Positions 27,603-37,301 of a DNA stretch of 64,000 nt are shown here, piece by piece (within the stretch, counting starts at the first letter, position 1; each line of letters begins with the position of its first letter). Source of the DNA: Candidatus Poribacteria bacterium (GTDB lineage: Bacteria > Poribacteria > WGA-4E > WGA-3G); assembly GCA_022819945.1 (NCBI GenBank), contig JAJEGI010000021.1, positions 9,310 through 73,309 on the forward strand. Direction: 5' to 3'. Both the position numbers and the translations under genes were made by a program. The notes below the pieces were generated by a model. That model saw only the letters and a list, made by a program, of their open reading frames with translations. It searched no databases and was not told where the DNA came from.

Positions 27603-28355
27603 TTAGTCAGTTTTGAGGCGTGCCCAGACGGTTGCTAATTTGTCTTGTGCATCAACGTGCAGTGTGACAGGTGACTCCATATCCTTGAGCAGCTCCTCTT
27701 TGGTTAGGGCGTAGTTATACACTTTGATTTCATCGAGGGCACCCGTGAGGAACCGTTGGCTTGCGCCGCGTGCGCCGATGTAGAGCGACTCGTCGTTCGG
27801 GGTTAGTTTGCCCTTACACGGCATCTCTGCTTCGAGTTCGCCATCGATGTAGAGTAGAATGTCCTCACCGTCCCACGTTCCCGCGAGAAAATGCCATTCA
27901 CCGTCCTGAATACTGGGACCGATGTTGTCATCGTTACACGGTTCGGGTAGGTCAAAAAATTGAAGGATAGTGCCGCCGTTGTACAATGCTGCGAGATTAT
28001 ACAGACCGGAGACCCAAGCCGCTCCTTTTTCAACACCGCTCTGGATCGCCTCTCCACCTTTGACGAGTGCCCAGAATTCGATGGTGATGCCATCAACAAT
28101 ATCGAGGCTCGGGCTGTCATCAATTTCGCCAGCGGTTTGTCCGTTGAACTCCATCGCCTGTCCGAAAACGCCTCCAATCAGTTTTGGATTGCCTTTATTA
28201 AAGGTTGCATCGTTACCGAATTCGGACAAGTCTTTCACGACTTTTCCTTCTAATTCGTCAAAAGAGAGGTGCAGGACCAGATCCTGGGCACCACAAATCG
28301 TTGTAAAACTTATCAAAGCGAGGAAGAGTGCCCCAAAGATAATCTTCTGTTTCAA
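27603..28355 (-). CDS. Secreted LamG-like jellyroll protein with C-terminal KLATVW motif
   Basis: TTG start with GGAG RBS; signal peptide; WHFLAGTWDG, LYIDG, LDEIKVYNYAL; ends VDAQDKLATVWARLK. Confidence 0.88.
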   Translation of the reverse strand: MKQKIIFGALFLALISFTTICGAQDLVLHLSFDELEGKVVKDLSEFGNDATFNKGNPKLIGGVFGQAMEFNGQTAGEIDDSPSLDIVDGITIEFWALVKGGEAIQSGVEKGAAWVSGLYNLAALYNGGTILQFFDLPEPCNDDNIGPSIQDGEWHFLAGTWDGEDILLYIDGELEAEMPCKGKLTPNDESLYIGARGASQRFLTGALDEIKVYNYALTKEELLKDMESPVTLHVDAQDKLATVWARLKTD

Positions 28356-28607
28356 AATCTTGCTCCGTAAAATAGATATTTGCGTGATCTCTAAGCAATT
28401 GTGTTTGTGAGGTTCTTGTGCAGAATATCGCGGTTTACCGGTTTGAAAACTGATAACAACCCACAACTATCCAAGGTTAAATCCATACGCTTTAAGGGTA
28501 AAAAGGACAAGAACCTGCTACAAGTTATAAATAATATAGCAGAAGTGGTGAAAAAAGTCAAAGGAAATGTTTTTGATGGGGTGTGTAAATATTTTGTCAA
28601 AAGTTTG

Positions 28608-28642
28608 GATTGGAAGGGTAGAAGGCGGGAAGGATGGAAGGC
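28608..28642. repeat. GAAGG short tandem repeat (8-9 nt period)
   Basis: tggaagggtagaaggcgggaaggatggaagg. Confidence 0.55.
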
Positions 28643-28774
28643 TATACAGATTGTCAGCATCAAAATTTCAGGATTATCGTGTTGTTAGACAGGCGAAGTC
28701 CCCTCGCTCCTATTCACAGTGTCTCGTTTGGTTTAATGACGAGATTCGTCAACTGACAGAAAAGCAGTGTTCGG

Positions 28775-29032
28775 TTATTTTTTCTGATGTTTATTTCTCC
28801 ATTTTTCCAAGTGATAGATGTTCGCCTCGTACCTATCTAACTCGGCTTTTGCTTCTGCTACCCGCTTTTTTAGGAGCGAGGTATCAAAAGAATTTCTCTC
28901 CCGCTGTAGATTCCTCTCCTCATGATATTTAAGTTGCCTTAGCCCGCGCTCGTAAATCCGTTTGAGGGTATCTCGGCTTTTCCGCATAAGTGTGAGTTTC
29001 TCTAGGATGTCTGGAATGTTCGTGTGTTTCAT
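28775..29032 (-). CDS. Small basic coiled-coil hypothetical protein
   Basis: 85 aa ORF with helical heptad pattern. Confidence 0.55.
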   Translation of the reverse strand: MKHTNIPDILEKLTLMRKSRDTLKRIYERGLRQLKYHEERNLQRERNSFDTSLLKKRVAEAKAELDRYEANIYHLEKWRNKHQKK

Positions 29033-29212
29033 TATTGACTTCCGTTATAGCGATTCCGCGAGTCGTATCACTCACGCATCAGTTTACCAAGTTCTCGCGG
29101 TGAAATATTCGGCTGATCCATCTTTGTCGCTATTAACGAAAAAATAGGATTAAAATTGCTAAAGTGTAAAAAGATTCAAAGTAAAGTTTCTGTAAAACAT
29201 TGCAACCTCCTT

Positions 29213-29824
29213 TTAGTCAGCGAAAATTCCATTGAATTCTCGAATTTGTTTTAAGGCTTCATTCTTAGTAATCCGACCTGCTTCTTGGTCAGCCCAGATG
29301 CGAGCTGTCACCTCGGGACGATGCTTTTGCTTGATATTTGATATCGCGACAATCCGAATTCCTGCCTCAAAGTTGCGATAATGTTCAGGGTTCTCTGTGG
29401 CTTTCAGGCGTTCATATTCCGCCTGTTCTTCTTCGGTGAGCGGACGGTAATTCAGATCAATTTTTTTGCTGTGACCGCCATCAAACACCAGCTCGGGATC
29501 CCACCCGTCGGGTCTTTCCGTTGCGTCGGGATCGTGGATATAAGCAGGTGTCTCGGGTTGACTGACTTGTGTTTTTGGTGTTTCGGCGTGCGGTTCGACG
29601 TGCCATGTACCATCCGCATGGAAGTGTCCACCTTGTGAGGTATCCCCAACGGGAACTTCGGTTTCCACTGGGGGCTTCTCCGCAGTCGGCTGCTCTATGG
29701 GATCAACAGGTTTGTAAATCTTGATCGGGGCCTTGGGTGATTGGGTCTGTATCATATAAACACAAACGACTGCTATCGCCACTACAAATACTGATAGCGG
29801 GAGCCAGTTTTTTCGTAAAAACAT
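29213..29824 (-). CDS. Membrane-anchored hypothetical protein with GGHFHADGTWH motif
   Basis: AGGAGG RBS, N-terminal TM, Pro-rich linker, His motif. Confidence 0.8.
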   Translation of the reverse strand: MFLRKNWLPLSVFVVAIAVVCVYMIQTQSPKAPIKIYKPVDPIEQPTAEKPPVETEVPVGDTSQGGHFHADGTWHVEPHAETPKTQVSQPETPAYIHDPDATERPDGWDPELVFDGGHSKKIDLNYRPLTEEEQAEYERLKATENPEHYRNFEAGIRIVAISNIKQKHRPEVTARIWADQEAGRITKNEALKQIREFNGIFAD

Positions 29825-29888
29825 TGTCATCCTCCTATAGGTTTTAACATCCGTTGTGGGATGTCCTCTGTGGATTTCCCACTCGCGT

Positions 29889-30543
29889 TTATCTCATGTC
29901 CTCAAATGGACAGACGCTCGGTTGGCACGGAATGGGAGTTTCTGGTTGACATACTTTGGGACTACAATGACAAGATTCCTGTGGCGCGTCTCTGGCGTGC
30001 AACACCACAGTGATCATCGCCACCAAGAGTAGTATTGCGAGCGGTATCGCTTGCATCAGTCGTTTTGGCACAGTTTTGTAATCCTTTCTTGTAATGTAAA
30101 CAACAATAAGCGTACCAAATTGTAGGTTCACTTATCTTCCAGATTTCAATGACGTGTTCCTCCTGACAACGGTCACGTATGTAACTTTGCACCTGCTCTT
30201 CAGTAGTCGATAGAACCGCATCTGCGGTAGCGGCATTCCGGATGATGCTCTGTTTCTTGGCATCTATAAGGAATGCTTTACACTTACTACGCGCGACCTG
30301 CTTCATCCACTGTTCTACGGACCCTATATCATCTGATCGACGGCGGATGCGCCGTACAATTGCAAAAACGGTTTCTTGATAGATATCCTTTTCCGCCTCC
30401 ACGTTGTGGATCTCATAATAGATGATAGTCTTCGGGAGCCGCTCATATCTCTTTATCAGAGTTTCCAGTGCGTTATCATCTCCATTGTGAATACGCGTCA
30501 GCAATATTTCATCTGAAAGGTTCGTGAAGTTTTCTGTCACCAT
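29889..30543 (-). pseudogene. Degenerate ECF sigma (region 2 only) followed, in another frame, by a TM plus Cys-rich tail
   Basis: SDEILL...GDDNALETLIKRY...DIYQET...WMKQVA; no region 4 HTH; ORF 29889-30131 holds a TM and CHC...C...C...C. Confidence 0.5.
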
Positions 30544-30657
30544 TCATAAAGCAAGACCTCGAGAAAAACAGAAAAGGTCACGGTGATGCCAAAAATTTAC
30601 TTTTTTTACAAAAATTGTGGAAATTCCTTATGATACTTGACAAAAAATGTCGTAAAT

Positions 30658-30682
30658 GGTCGGGGTTAGAAACCCCTCCTAC
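30658..30682. repeat. REP-like palindrome
   Basis: GGGGTT-aga-AACCCC-tcCTAC. Confidence 0.5.
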
Positions 30683-31084
30683 AAGTATTACAGTGGACTT
30701 GCATGGGTGGGTCTGTTCTTATAGGAAAGGATATGTATCAATGGCATTCAATGGGTGTTCAATGGAGGGTTAAGTCTAAACCGTTCGCCAATGATCGTAA
30801 AAAAAGACCGAATTTTTGAGGGGAATCGTGCATACTCAGAAAAAATTGAAGTCAAAAGACTCTGGCTGCGATGCTGGTGTGTGAATATCTTGTGGAAGGT
30901 GGTTTCCTCACGATCAAAAATTACTGACATCATAGAGTGTTTTTGCTTGGGGTGTTTTGCTTGGGTATTTCTGCGGATTTCTTCAAAGTTCCCCTCGCTT
31001 TATTCAACAAATCCTGTCCATCAGTATTGGCATTTATTATCGTAAGGGCAAAACTTTACACACCCATATTTTTTATATTTTCAG

Positions 31085-31113
31085 GTGACAAATTCAGCAA
31101 GAATGGGTATAAT
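31085..31113 (+). promoter_or_regulatory. Sigma70 promoter
   Basis: GTGACA-17-TATAAT. Confidence 0.6.
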
Positions 31114-31179
31114 GAGGGCGGCAGATGTGAAGATGAGAGGATAGTCTATAAGACAATGTCCGAGTAGGAAAGGAAAGTT

Positions 31180-33204
31180 ATGCAGGAAATGGCGATTAAA
31201 GGACAGACACATACGAATTCGCTCGGTATGCAATTTGTTAGAATTGAACCGGGGACTTTTATGATGGGGTCAGAGAACGCGTCGCTATCAGATGAATTGA
31301 CGGAAGGCAAGGCGCATCTCCGCGATGGTGATTGGGATGAACAACCCGTGCATGAGGTAAGGCTTAGCACACCGTTTTATATCGGTATTTTTCAGGTTAC
31401 CAACGCCCAGTATGCAGCGTTTGACCCGACACATCGTGAGTTGCCGAGCCTTCAGAACGTCGGTTTTTCAAAAGATGATGATGAAGCAGTCGTGTTTGTC
31501 GATTGGCACGATGCGACGCGCTTTTGCGAATGGCTCTCCGAAAAAGAGGGTTTGCCATACCGACTGCCGACCGAAGCGGAATGGGAATACGTGTGTCGGG
31601 CCGGGACAACGACGCATTTTCATACGGGTGATACACTGCCACCAGAATTTCATAAGAATGTTGGCGAAAGTTGGTATCCTGATGCAGGAAGAGGTCGTGG
31701 GACGGAAGAAATTGTCCCTTTACATGTCGGGCAAACACCGCCTAACGCGTGGGGTGTCTACGATATGCACGGGAACGTTGAAGAGTGGTGTCAGGATTGG
31801 TACGGCCCCTACGAACCGCATCCACAAGAGGATCCCGTCGGTAGAGAAGCGGGGTTGTATCGGGTTACGCGGGGTGGTAGCCATTCGACATTGCTGTGTT
31901 ATCTGCGTTCTGCGAATCGGATGGGGGCGGTACCGGAAGATAAACACTGGTACATCGGGTTTCGGGTCGTTTGTGGTGAGATGCCGCAGACATTGCCTAC
32001 ACCTGTGCCGAAGGTGGCGTTGTGGGGACGGGATGTCAAACAAGCACCTGAAAGTTCGCCTGCGCCTGAGGCACCCTATTTCGCTGAACCGTTGACGTTC
32101 GTTAAGATTCCAGCGGGTTCAAACGGACCGCTTTTTTCGGCACATAACCACGTGCCAGCGATTACCGAATGCCCGAATGGCGATATGTTCGCGGCGTGGT
32201 ATTCGTGTGTTACGGAACGCGGGCGTGAGTTGACGGTTGCCGCGAGCCGGTTGCGGTTTGGTGAGATGGAATGGGAACCTGCGGAACCTTTCTGGGGACC
32301 GCCGGATCGGAACAATCACGCAACGTCTCTCTGGCGGAATGAGAACGGACGGATTTATCATTTCAATGGACTTTCGGCTGCGGCGACATGGGGTCCTTTG
32401 GCGTTGGTGATGCGTTATTCTGATGATAACGGCGCGACGTGGTCGAAACCGCGGTTTATTTCACCTGAGCATCGTCTCCGACACATGCCGATCGCTTCCG
32501 TTTTTCGTAGACAGGACGGTTCTATACTTCTCGCTTGCGATGCGGTGAGCGGTGGCAACGGCGGCACAGCGATATGGCTCAGCGATGATGATGGCGAGAC
32601 GTGGTATGATCCGGGTGCAGGGCAGCCTATCCCCGAATTTGCTGCTGGCAGACAGGGGGGTTGGATCGCTGGTATCCACGCTGCTGTGGTTGAACTCACG
32701 GATGGCAGGTTGATGGCGTATGGTCGTGGTGATACGATTGATGGGCAGATGCCGAAGAGTGTCTCTGAAGATGGTGGCAAGACGTGGCATTACAGCGCAA
32801 GTCGATTTCCAGTGGTTGCGGGTGGACAGCGGTGCGTGCTGCTACGGCTCCAAGAGGGCCCAATTTTCCTCGCCTCCTTCACAGGTGATCGGAGGGAGCT
32901 GACCCCGATGCCGATTGTTGATGCTTCTGGGAATGAGCGTCTTGTTACAGGACTCTTTGGCGCATTGTCTTATGATGACGGCGAAACGTGGGAGTATACG
33001 CGTCTGATTACAGATGATGGCGAGGACCGGGAGATCGAAACGATGGACGGACGACTCTTTACCATGGGATTGAACAGTGCTGAGCCGGGTGGATACCTCG
33101 CTGTCTGCCAAGGGCAGAATGGGATGATCCATTTGATTAGCAGCCGTCTACACTATCGATTTAATCTTGCTTGGTTGAGAGAAATTCCGCCATCAAAAGT
33201 TTAG
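31180..33204 (+). CDS. FGE-sulfatase domain fused to a BNR/sialidase-like beta-propeller
   Basis: RLPTEAEWEY, YDMHGNVEEW, GFRV; Asp-boxes SDDNGATW, SDDDGETW, SEDGGKTW, SYDDGETW. Confidence 0.88.
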   Translation: MQEMAIKGQTHTNSLGMQFVRIEPGTFMMGSENASLSDELTEGKAHLRDGDWDEQPVHEVRLSTPFYIGIFQVTNAQYAAFDPTHRELPSLQNVGFSKDDDEAVVFVDWHDATRFCEWLSEKEGLPYRLPTEAEWEYVCRAGTTTHFHTGDTLPPEFHKNVGESWYPDAGRGRGTEEIVPLHVGQTPPNAWGVYDMHGNVEEWCQDWYGPYEPHPQEDPVGREAGLYRVTRGGSHSTLLCYLRSANRMGAVPEDKHWYIGFRVVCGEMPQTLPTPVPKVALWGRDVKQAPESSPAPEAPYFAEPLTFVKIPAGSNGPLFSAHNHVPAITECPNGDMFAAWYSCVTERGRELTVAASRLRFGEMEWEPAEPFWGPPDRNNHATSLWRNENGRIYHFNGLSAAATWGPLALVMRYSDDNGATWSKPRFISPEHRLRHMPIASVFRRQDGSILLACDAVSGGNGGTAIWLSDDDGETWYDPGAGQPIPEFAAGRQGGWIAGIHAAVVELTDGRLMAYGRGDTIDGQMPKSVSEDGGKTWHYSASRFPVVAGGQRCVLLRLQEGPIFLASFTGDRRELTPMPIVDASGNERLVTGLFGALSYDDGETWEYTRLITDDGEDREIETMDGRLFTMGLNSAEPGGYLAVCQGQNGMIHLISSRLHYRFNLAWLREIPPSKV

Positions 33205-33209
33205 AAAAA

Positions 33210-33232
33210 TGGCGAGGATACAATCCTCGCCA
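33210..33232. repeat. REP-like palindrome / possible terminator
   Basis: TGGCGAGGAT-aca-ATCCTCGCCA. Confidence 0.6.
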
Positions 33233-33290
33233 GCGGTGGTAGGGTGTTTGTTCCCTGATGAACTGTAAACTTATTTTCGGATTTTACTAT

Positions 33291-33350
33291 AAACCCCCTA
33301 AATTCCCCTTATCAGGGGGACTTTAAGAGAGAGTGCGGAAGTCATAAATT
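33291..33350 (+). repeat. About 60 bp repeat, copy 1 (upstream of phyH-like gene)
   Basis: aaaccccctaaattccccttatcagggggactttaagagagagtgcggaagtcataaatt. Confidence 0.7.
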
Positions 33351-33382
33351 ATCCTAAATGAACCGCAAGGAACTTTTAAAAA

Positions 33383-34273
33383 ATGAAACTCCCTTTTTTG
33401 CATCAAGAGGTGGAAGTCAGCACGGATTTACGGGACAGTAATGACATTCTTGACGACCCTGATGCTCTGAAAGAACGGATAGCAACGGATGGGTATCTCC
33501 TAATTCGTGGGTTACACGACAAAGCGGCTGTGCTCACAGCCCGTCGTCAGATTCTGGAAAAACTTGCAGCAAAAGGCATGCTCGCCCCAGATACAGCATT
33601 AATGGATGGAATCTTCAACTCGGCGTATCCCGAACCGACATCAACGGGTTCAATGGGGAATAAAACGTTGACGCAGCTGCCGGCATTCAAGGCAGTCGTT
33701 GAAGGGACACCGGTGATGGACTTTTTCAAGCACTTCCTTGGCGGTGAGGCACGGACGTTTGATTTCAAATGGCTTCGCACGGCGGGACCGGGTTCAGGCT
33801 CCCCGATTCATTATGACATCGTTTTTATGGGGAGAGGCACGCAAGACCTTTACTCTTGTTGGACTCCCTTCGGTGATGTATCGCTTGATATGGGCCCTAT
33901 TGTCTTCTGTCTCGGTTCTAACCGATTTGATAAGGTTCGCGCCACTTACGGACAATCAGATGTCGATCGGGATATGATTGAAGGGCATTTTAGCGATGAT
34001 CCGCTTGAAATTGTTGAAAAATTTGGCGGACACTGGGCGACAACTACGTTTTCGGCGGGGGACGTTATTCTTTTTAGTATGTTCCTGATGCATGCCTCCT
34101 TGGTTAACACGTCCGATAAAATTCGGATAACGGCGGATACACGCTATCAACTTGCCTCGGAACCGATGGATGAGAGATGGGTCGGTGAGCAACCGAAAGG
34201 GCATTACGCGTGGAAGCAGCAAGATGCCGAGATTGAGTCGTTGGAGGTATCTCGGCAGAAATGGGGGGTCTAA
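33383..34273 (+). CDS. Phytanoyl-CoA dioxygenase (PhyH) family Fe/2OG dioxygenase
   Basis: DGYLLIRG, HYD, W.P, GDVILF, H, RITADTRY. Confidence 0.9.
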   Translation: MKLPFLHQEVEVSTDLRDSNDILDDPDALKERIATDGYLLIRGLHDKAAVLTARRQILEKLAAKGMLAPDTALMDGIFNSAYPEPTSTGSMGNKTLTQLPAFKAVVEGTPVMDFFKHFLGGEARTFDFKWLRTAGPGSGSPIHYDIVFMGRGTQDLYSCWTPFGDVSLDMGPIVFCLGSNRFDKVRATYGQSDVDRDMIEGHFSDDPLEIVEKFGGHWATTTFSAGDVILFSMFLMHASLVNTSDKIRITADTRYQLASEPMDERWVGEQPKGHYAWKQQDAEIESLEVSRQKWGV

Positions 34274-34283
34274 CGTTTTTAAG

Positions 34284-34347
34284 AAACACCCGCTAAATCC
34301 CCTTATCAGGGGACTTTAAAAAGTAGTACGTAAGTGCTATAAAATTA
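34284..34347 (+). repeat. About 60 bp repeat, copy 2 (downstream of phyH-like gene)
   Basis: aaacacccgctaaatccccttatcaggggactttaaaaagtagtacgtaagtgctataaaatt. Confidence 0.7.
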
Positions 34348-34353
34348 AGAAAT

Positions 34354-35448
34354 ATGAACAGCGATTTGAGCACACATGACACCGGCACAGCATCACAGGC
34401 CAGGAAACCGAAATTATTTGTACCGTTCATTCTCATTTTGTTATGTGCTGTTGCCGTTGGATTTGGAATAAAATATTACAAGGATAGACCCAAACCGACG
34501 ACTGAGGTGGCATGGGAGGTCTATTTTAGTGGTGTTTCAACAGCACCGATTGATGAGAGTCATCCGTATTCGCTTGAAAAACGGCTTGTCGCCAGACTTG
34601 CGGATGCTGCAATGCGGGTTGATGCAGCACTTTATCATTTGGATTCTACGCCGATAGCCGACGCTTTAATCGAAGCGCATGACCGCGGTGTGCAAGTACG
34701 AGTCGTAACTGAGACCGATAATGTTGATGAAAAGGAAATTGAACGGTTGCAAGCAGCGGGCATCCTTGTGGCTGATGACGATGAACATGATGGGTTGATG
34801 CATCACAAATTTATTGTGATTGATGAGCGGTACGTCTGGACAGGCTCCTATAATACAACCTATAACGGGGCGTATAGAAACAACAATAACGTTATATTCA
34901 TTGATTCGGTACCGTTGGCGTATAACTTTACACAAGAGTTCCGGGAACTGTTCCTTGACGCGCGGGGTAAAAAGTCTGATGGTGCGTTTATCGCGTATCC
35001 GAAGATAACATTGGCGGATGGGATGCAGGTTTCTACCTATTTCTCGCCGGCGAGCGACACTATTTCGCCACTTCTGGAAGAGATCAATTCTGCGGAAAAG
35101 TCTATTCATTTTATGGCGTTTTCGTTTACACATGATACACTCGGCAATGCGATGCAGGACAAATTCGCGTCAGGTATTGATGTTCGGGGTGTATTTGAAG
35201 CGCGACAGGTAGACCAACATTCCGAATTTGAAAAATTAGAGGCAGCGGGTTTGCGTGTTATTAAGGATGGAAATAGCGGGACTATGCACCACAAGGTGAT
35301 TGTTATTGATGCGGAGACGGTGATTACGGGGTCCTACAATTTCTCAAAGAACGCCGAGAAACGCAACGACGAGAATCTGTTGATTATCAAGGGGAATCGT
35401 GAGATTGCGGCGGCATACCTCGCAGAGTTTGAAAAGATAACGCGTTAG
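34354..35448 (+). CDS. Membrane-anchored phospholipase D/Nuc superfamily protein
   Basis: Two HKD motifs HHKFIVID...TGSYN and HHKVIVID...TGSYN; N-terminal TM. Confidence 0.92.
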   Translation: MNSDLSTHDTGTASQARKPKLFVPFILILLCAVAVGFGIKYYKDRPKPTTEVAWEVYFSGVSTAPIDESHPYSLEKRLVARLADAAMRVDAALYHLDSTPIADALIEAHDRGVQVRVVTETDNVDEKEIERLQAAGILVADDDEHDGLMHHKFIVIDERYVWTGSYNTTYNGAYRNNNNVIFIDSVPLAYNFTQEFRELFLDARGKKSDGAFIAYPKITLADGMQVSTYFSPASDTISPLLEEINSAEKSIHFMAFSFTHDTLGNAMQDKFASGIDVRGVFEARQVDQHSEFEKLEAAGLRVIKDGNSGTMHHKVIVIDAETVITGSYNFSKNAEKRNDENLLIIKGNREIAAAYLAEFEKITR

Positions 35449-35453
35449 GCGTG

Positions 35454-36644
35454 TTACTCTTTCTCACCTAATATTACGGTACAATGTTGTTCGATGCCGT
35501 TTCTACCGATTTTGATTTGTACCTTCGTGGCGGGTCGCTCCGTCACAACGCATCTCAACAGGTCATCATAGGAGCGTACAGGCACTTTATTAAATTCGAG
35601 GATAAAATCTCTCGGTAAGAGTCCACCTTTGTGTGCAGGACTACCTTCAGCCACACTCTTAACGAAGACACCCACCTCGCTGACATCAACTTCGACGCCG
35701 AGCCAGCCGCGTGCGACCTTTCCGTGTTCAATGATTTCTTCGGCAATAGTATGAACCATCTCCATGGGTATTGCAAAGGTAATTTCCTGATTATGAATTT
35801 CTTGTGATGGATCTTGAAGCAGAAATTGTGTAATGTCAGGAGCGACCCCTCTCTGAAGCAACGCGTCAGCCATTGAATTGGTGGTATTGGGTGGCTCTGA
35901 TAACACAGCAAGTATCATTCCGACAATCTCTCCTGACGTATTGACGACTGCACCGCCACTGTTGCCGGGGGTAACCGCTGCGTTGATTTTAATCAGTTCC
36001 CCACACATTTGATTTGGTAAGGTATCCCAACCCCCTACGATACCGAAAGAGACGATCGGACTATGTCCGTAAGAACCGCCTATCGTTACAACCCAAGAGC
36101 CGGTATTGATTTTTGAGGAGTCGCCCCACTTCACAGAGACTGTGGGTTTAAACTCTTTTGCCGAGAGTACCATACTCTGGGACCGGGCGAGTTGTGGCGG
36201 TGCTGCCCTTTTAACCTTCGCTGCGTCTATGGTTATAAGATGTGTCTCCGCGACTCGAAGGACGGCGATGTCCGTGAATGTATCGGTGCCGATAAGTTCA
36301 GCTAGGGACACTGTTCCGTCGTTAAAGATGATTTCAATTTTACTTGGCGCGTCCATTTCAAACGTCGTTGTTACGATGTGTCCAGCGGTGTCGATAACGA
36401 TGCCAGAGCCGATGTTTTGTCGGGTTAATACCAATTTTTCAGGGTCGGGTGAGAGCGGTACCGATATCGTCTGCGTCGCTACAACTTTCACAACGGCAGG
36501 ACGCGCCTCAGTGACGACCTTCTGGAATTCCTTTTCGAGCAGCTGCAGCACGTTTTCATTTGCGAGGCTTGGGGTGATCGCATAAAAAAGTAGACTGAGC
36601 ACTCCGATTATGAATTGTTGGCGTTTTGATTCTATTACGTACAT
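35454..36644 (-). CDS. HtrA/DegP-like protease fold with one PDZ domain
   Basis: GSGIVI, DIAVL, PGNSGGA, RGWLGV, GSPA; catalytic His not visible. Confidence 0.85.
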   Translation of the reverse strand: MYVIESKRQQFIIGVLSLLFYAITPSLANENVLQLLEKEFQKVVTEARPAVVKVVATQTISVPLSPDPEKLVLTRQNIGSGIVIDTAGHIVTTTFEMDAPSKIEIIFNDGTVSLAELIGTDTFTDIAVLRVAETHLITIDAAKVKRAAPPQLARSQSMVLSAKEFKPTVSVKWGDSSKINTGSWVVTIGGSYGHSPIVSFGIVGGWDTLPNQMCGELIKINAAVTPGNSGGAVVNTSGEIVGMILAVLSEPPNTTNSMADALLQRGVAPDITQFLLQDPSQEIHNQEITFAIPMEMVHTIAEEIIEHGKVARGWLGVEVDVSEVGVFVKSVAEGSPAHKGGLLPRDFILEFNKVPVRSYDDLLRCVVTERPATKVQIKIGRNGIEQHCTVILGEKE

Positions 36645-36685
36645 GTGTTGTTTCCTTAAAATGCCTATCTTCAGGAAGCGTTTCT

Positions 36686-37279
36686 TTAAAGTCCGCCGCT
36701 GGTGGAGGTAGTAGTATAACTCACTTGCTTTAGCATATAACGCTGTTGCATCGGTTGCGTTGGTGTTGAGATAACGTTGCTCGGCGCGAACTGCCTGCTA
36801 TTTCTTGCGAAACGTGGGAGTTCTATCCGAAGTGCCTCAGGTGATGTTGTTATCTGTTCCCCTTGAGATATAGTTGCTACTGATGCTGGGCGGAAGTCTT
36901 GATTAAATAGAGGATTATTTTGATAGAAAAAGATCCCGGCTGCAGCGAGAATTAATGCCATGATACCGCTATACGCCCAACTGGGACGACGGAATACATC
37001 TAACACCCTGCCCCAACCTGTTGCCACACTTTCCTCTTTAACGCTACTGGGTTCGCGTTGTTCTGTAGCGAGGCGTTGTTGTAACGTTGACATAAAATAC
37101 GGCGAAGGTTCTATCTGCGGCAATTGTTGTACCGCCTTAACAGACTCTTGGAATCGGGTATATTCATGTTGACACGCTTCACATGCTGCGAGGTGTTCTT
37201 CAAAACCTTGCAATGCCTGATAGTCAAGTGTGTCTTCAAGATGGGCAGAGAAGTGTTCCTCAGCCTGTAAACAATTCAT
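36686..37279 (-). CDS. Zinc-finger (zf-HC2) anti-sigma factor
   Basis: MNC...HLAACEAC plus TM helix, downstream of an ECF sigma. Confidence 0.88.
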   Translation of the reverse strand: MNCLQAEEHFSAHLEDTLDYQALQGFEEHLAACEACQHEYTRFQESVKAVQQLPQIEPSPYFMSTLQQRLATEQREPSSVKEESVATGWGRVLDVFRRPSWAYSGIMALILAAAGIFFYQNNPLFNQDFRPASVATISQGEQITTSPEALRIELPRFARNSRQFAPSNVISTPTQPMQQRYMLKQVSYTTTSTSGGL

Positions 37280-37301
37280 TGGGTGCTCCTAAGACATAAC
37301 A

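Noticed and set aside
31412-32095. 227 aa alternative-frame ORF and the many other overlapping or antisense ORFs in the track
   Set aside because: They are shadows of well-supported genes and have no motifs or RBS.
34354-35448. PLD nuclease as a defence effector
   Set aside because: Membrane-anchored double-HKD protein without helicase or methylase neighbours; more likely an envelope or competence-type enzyme.
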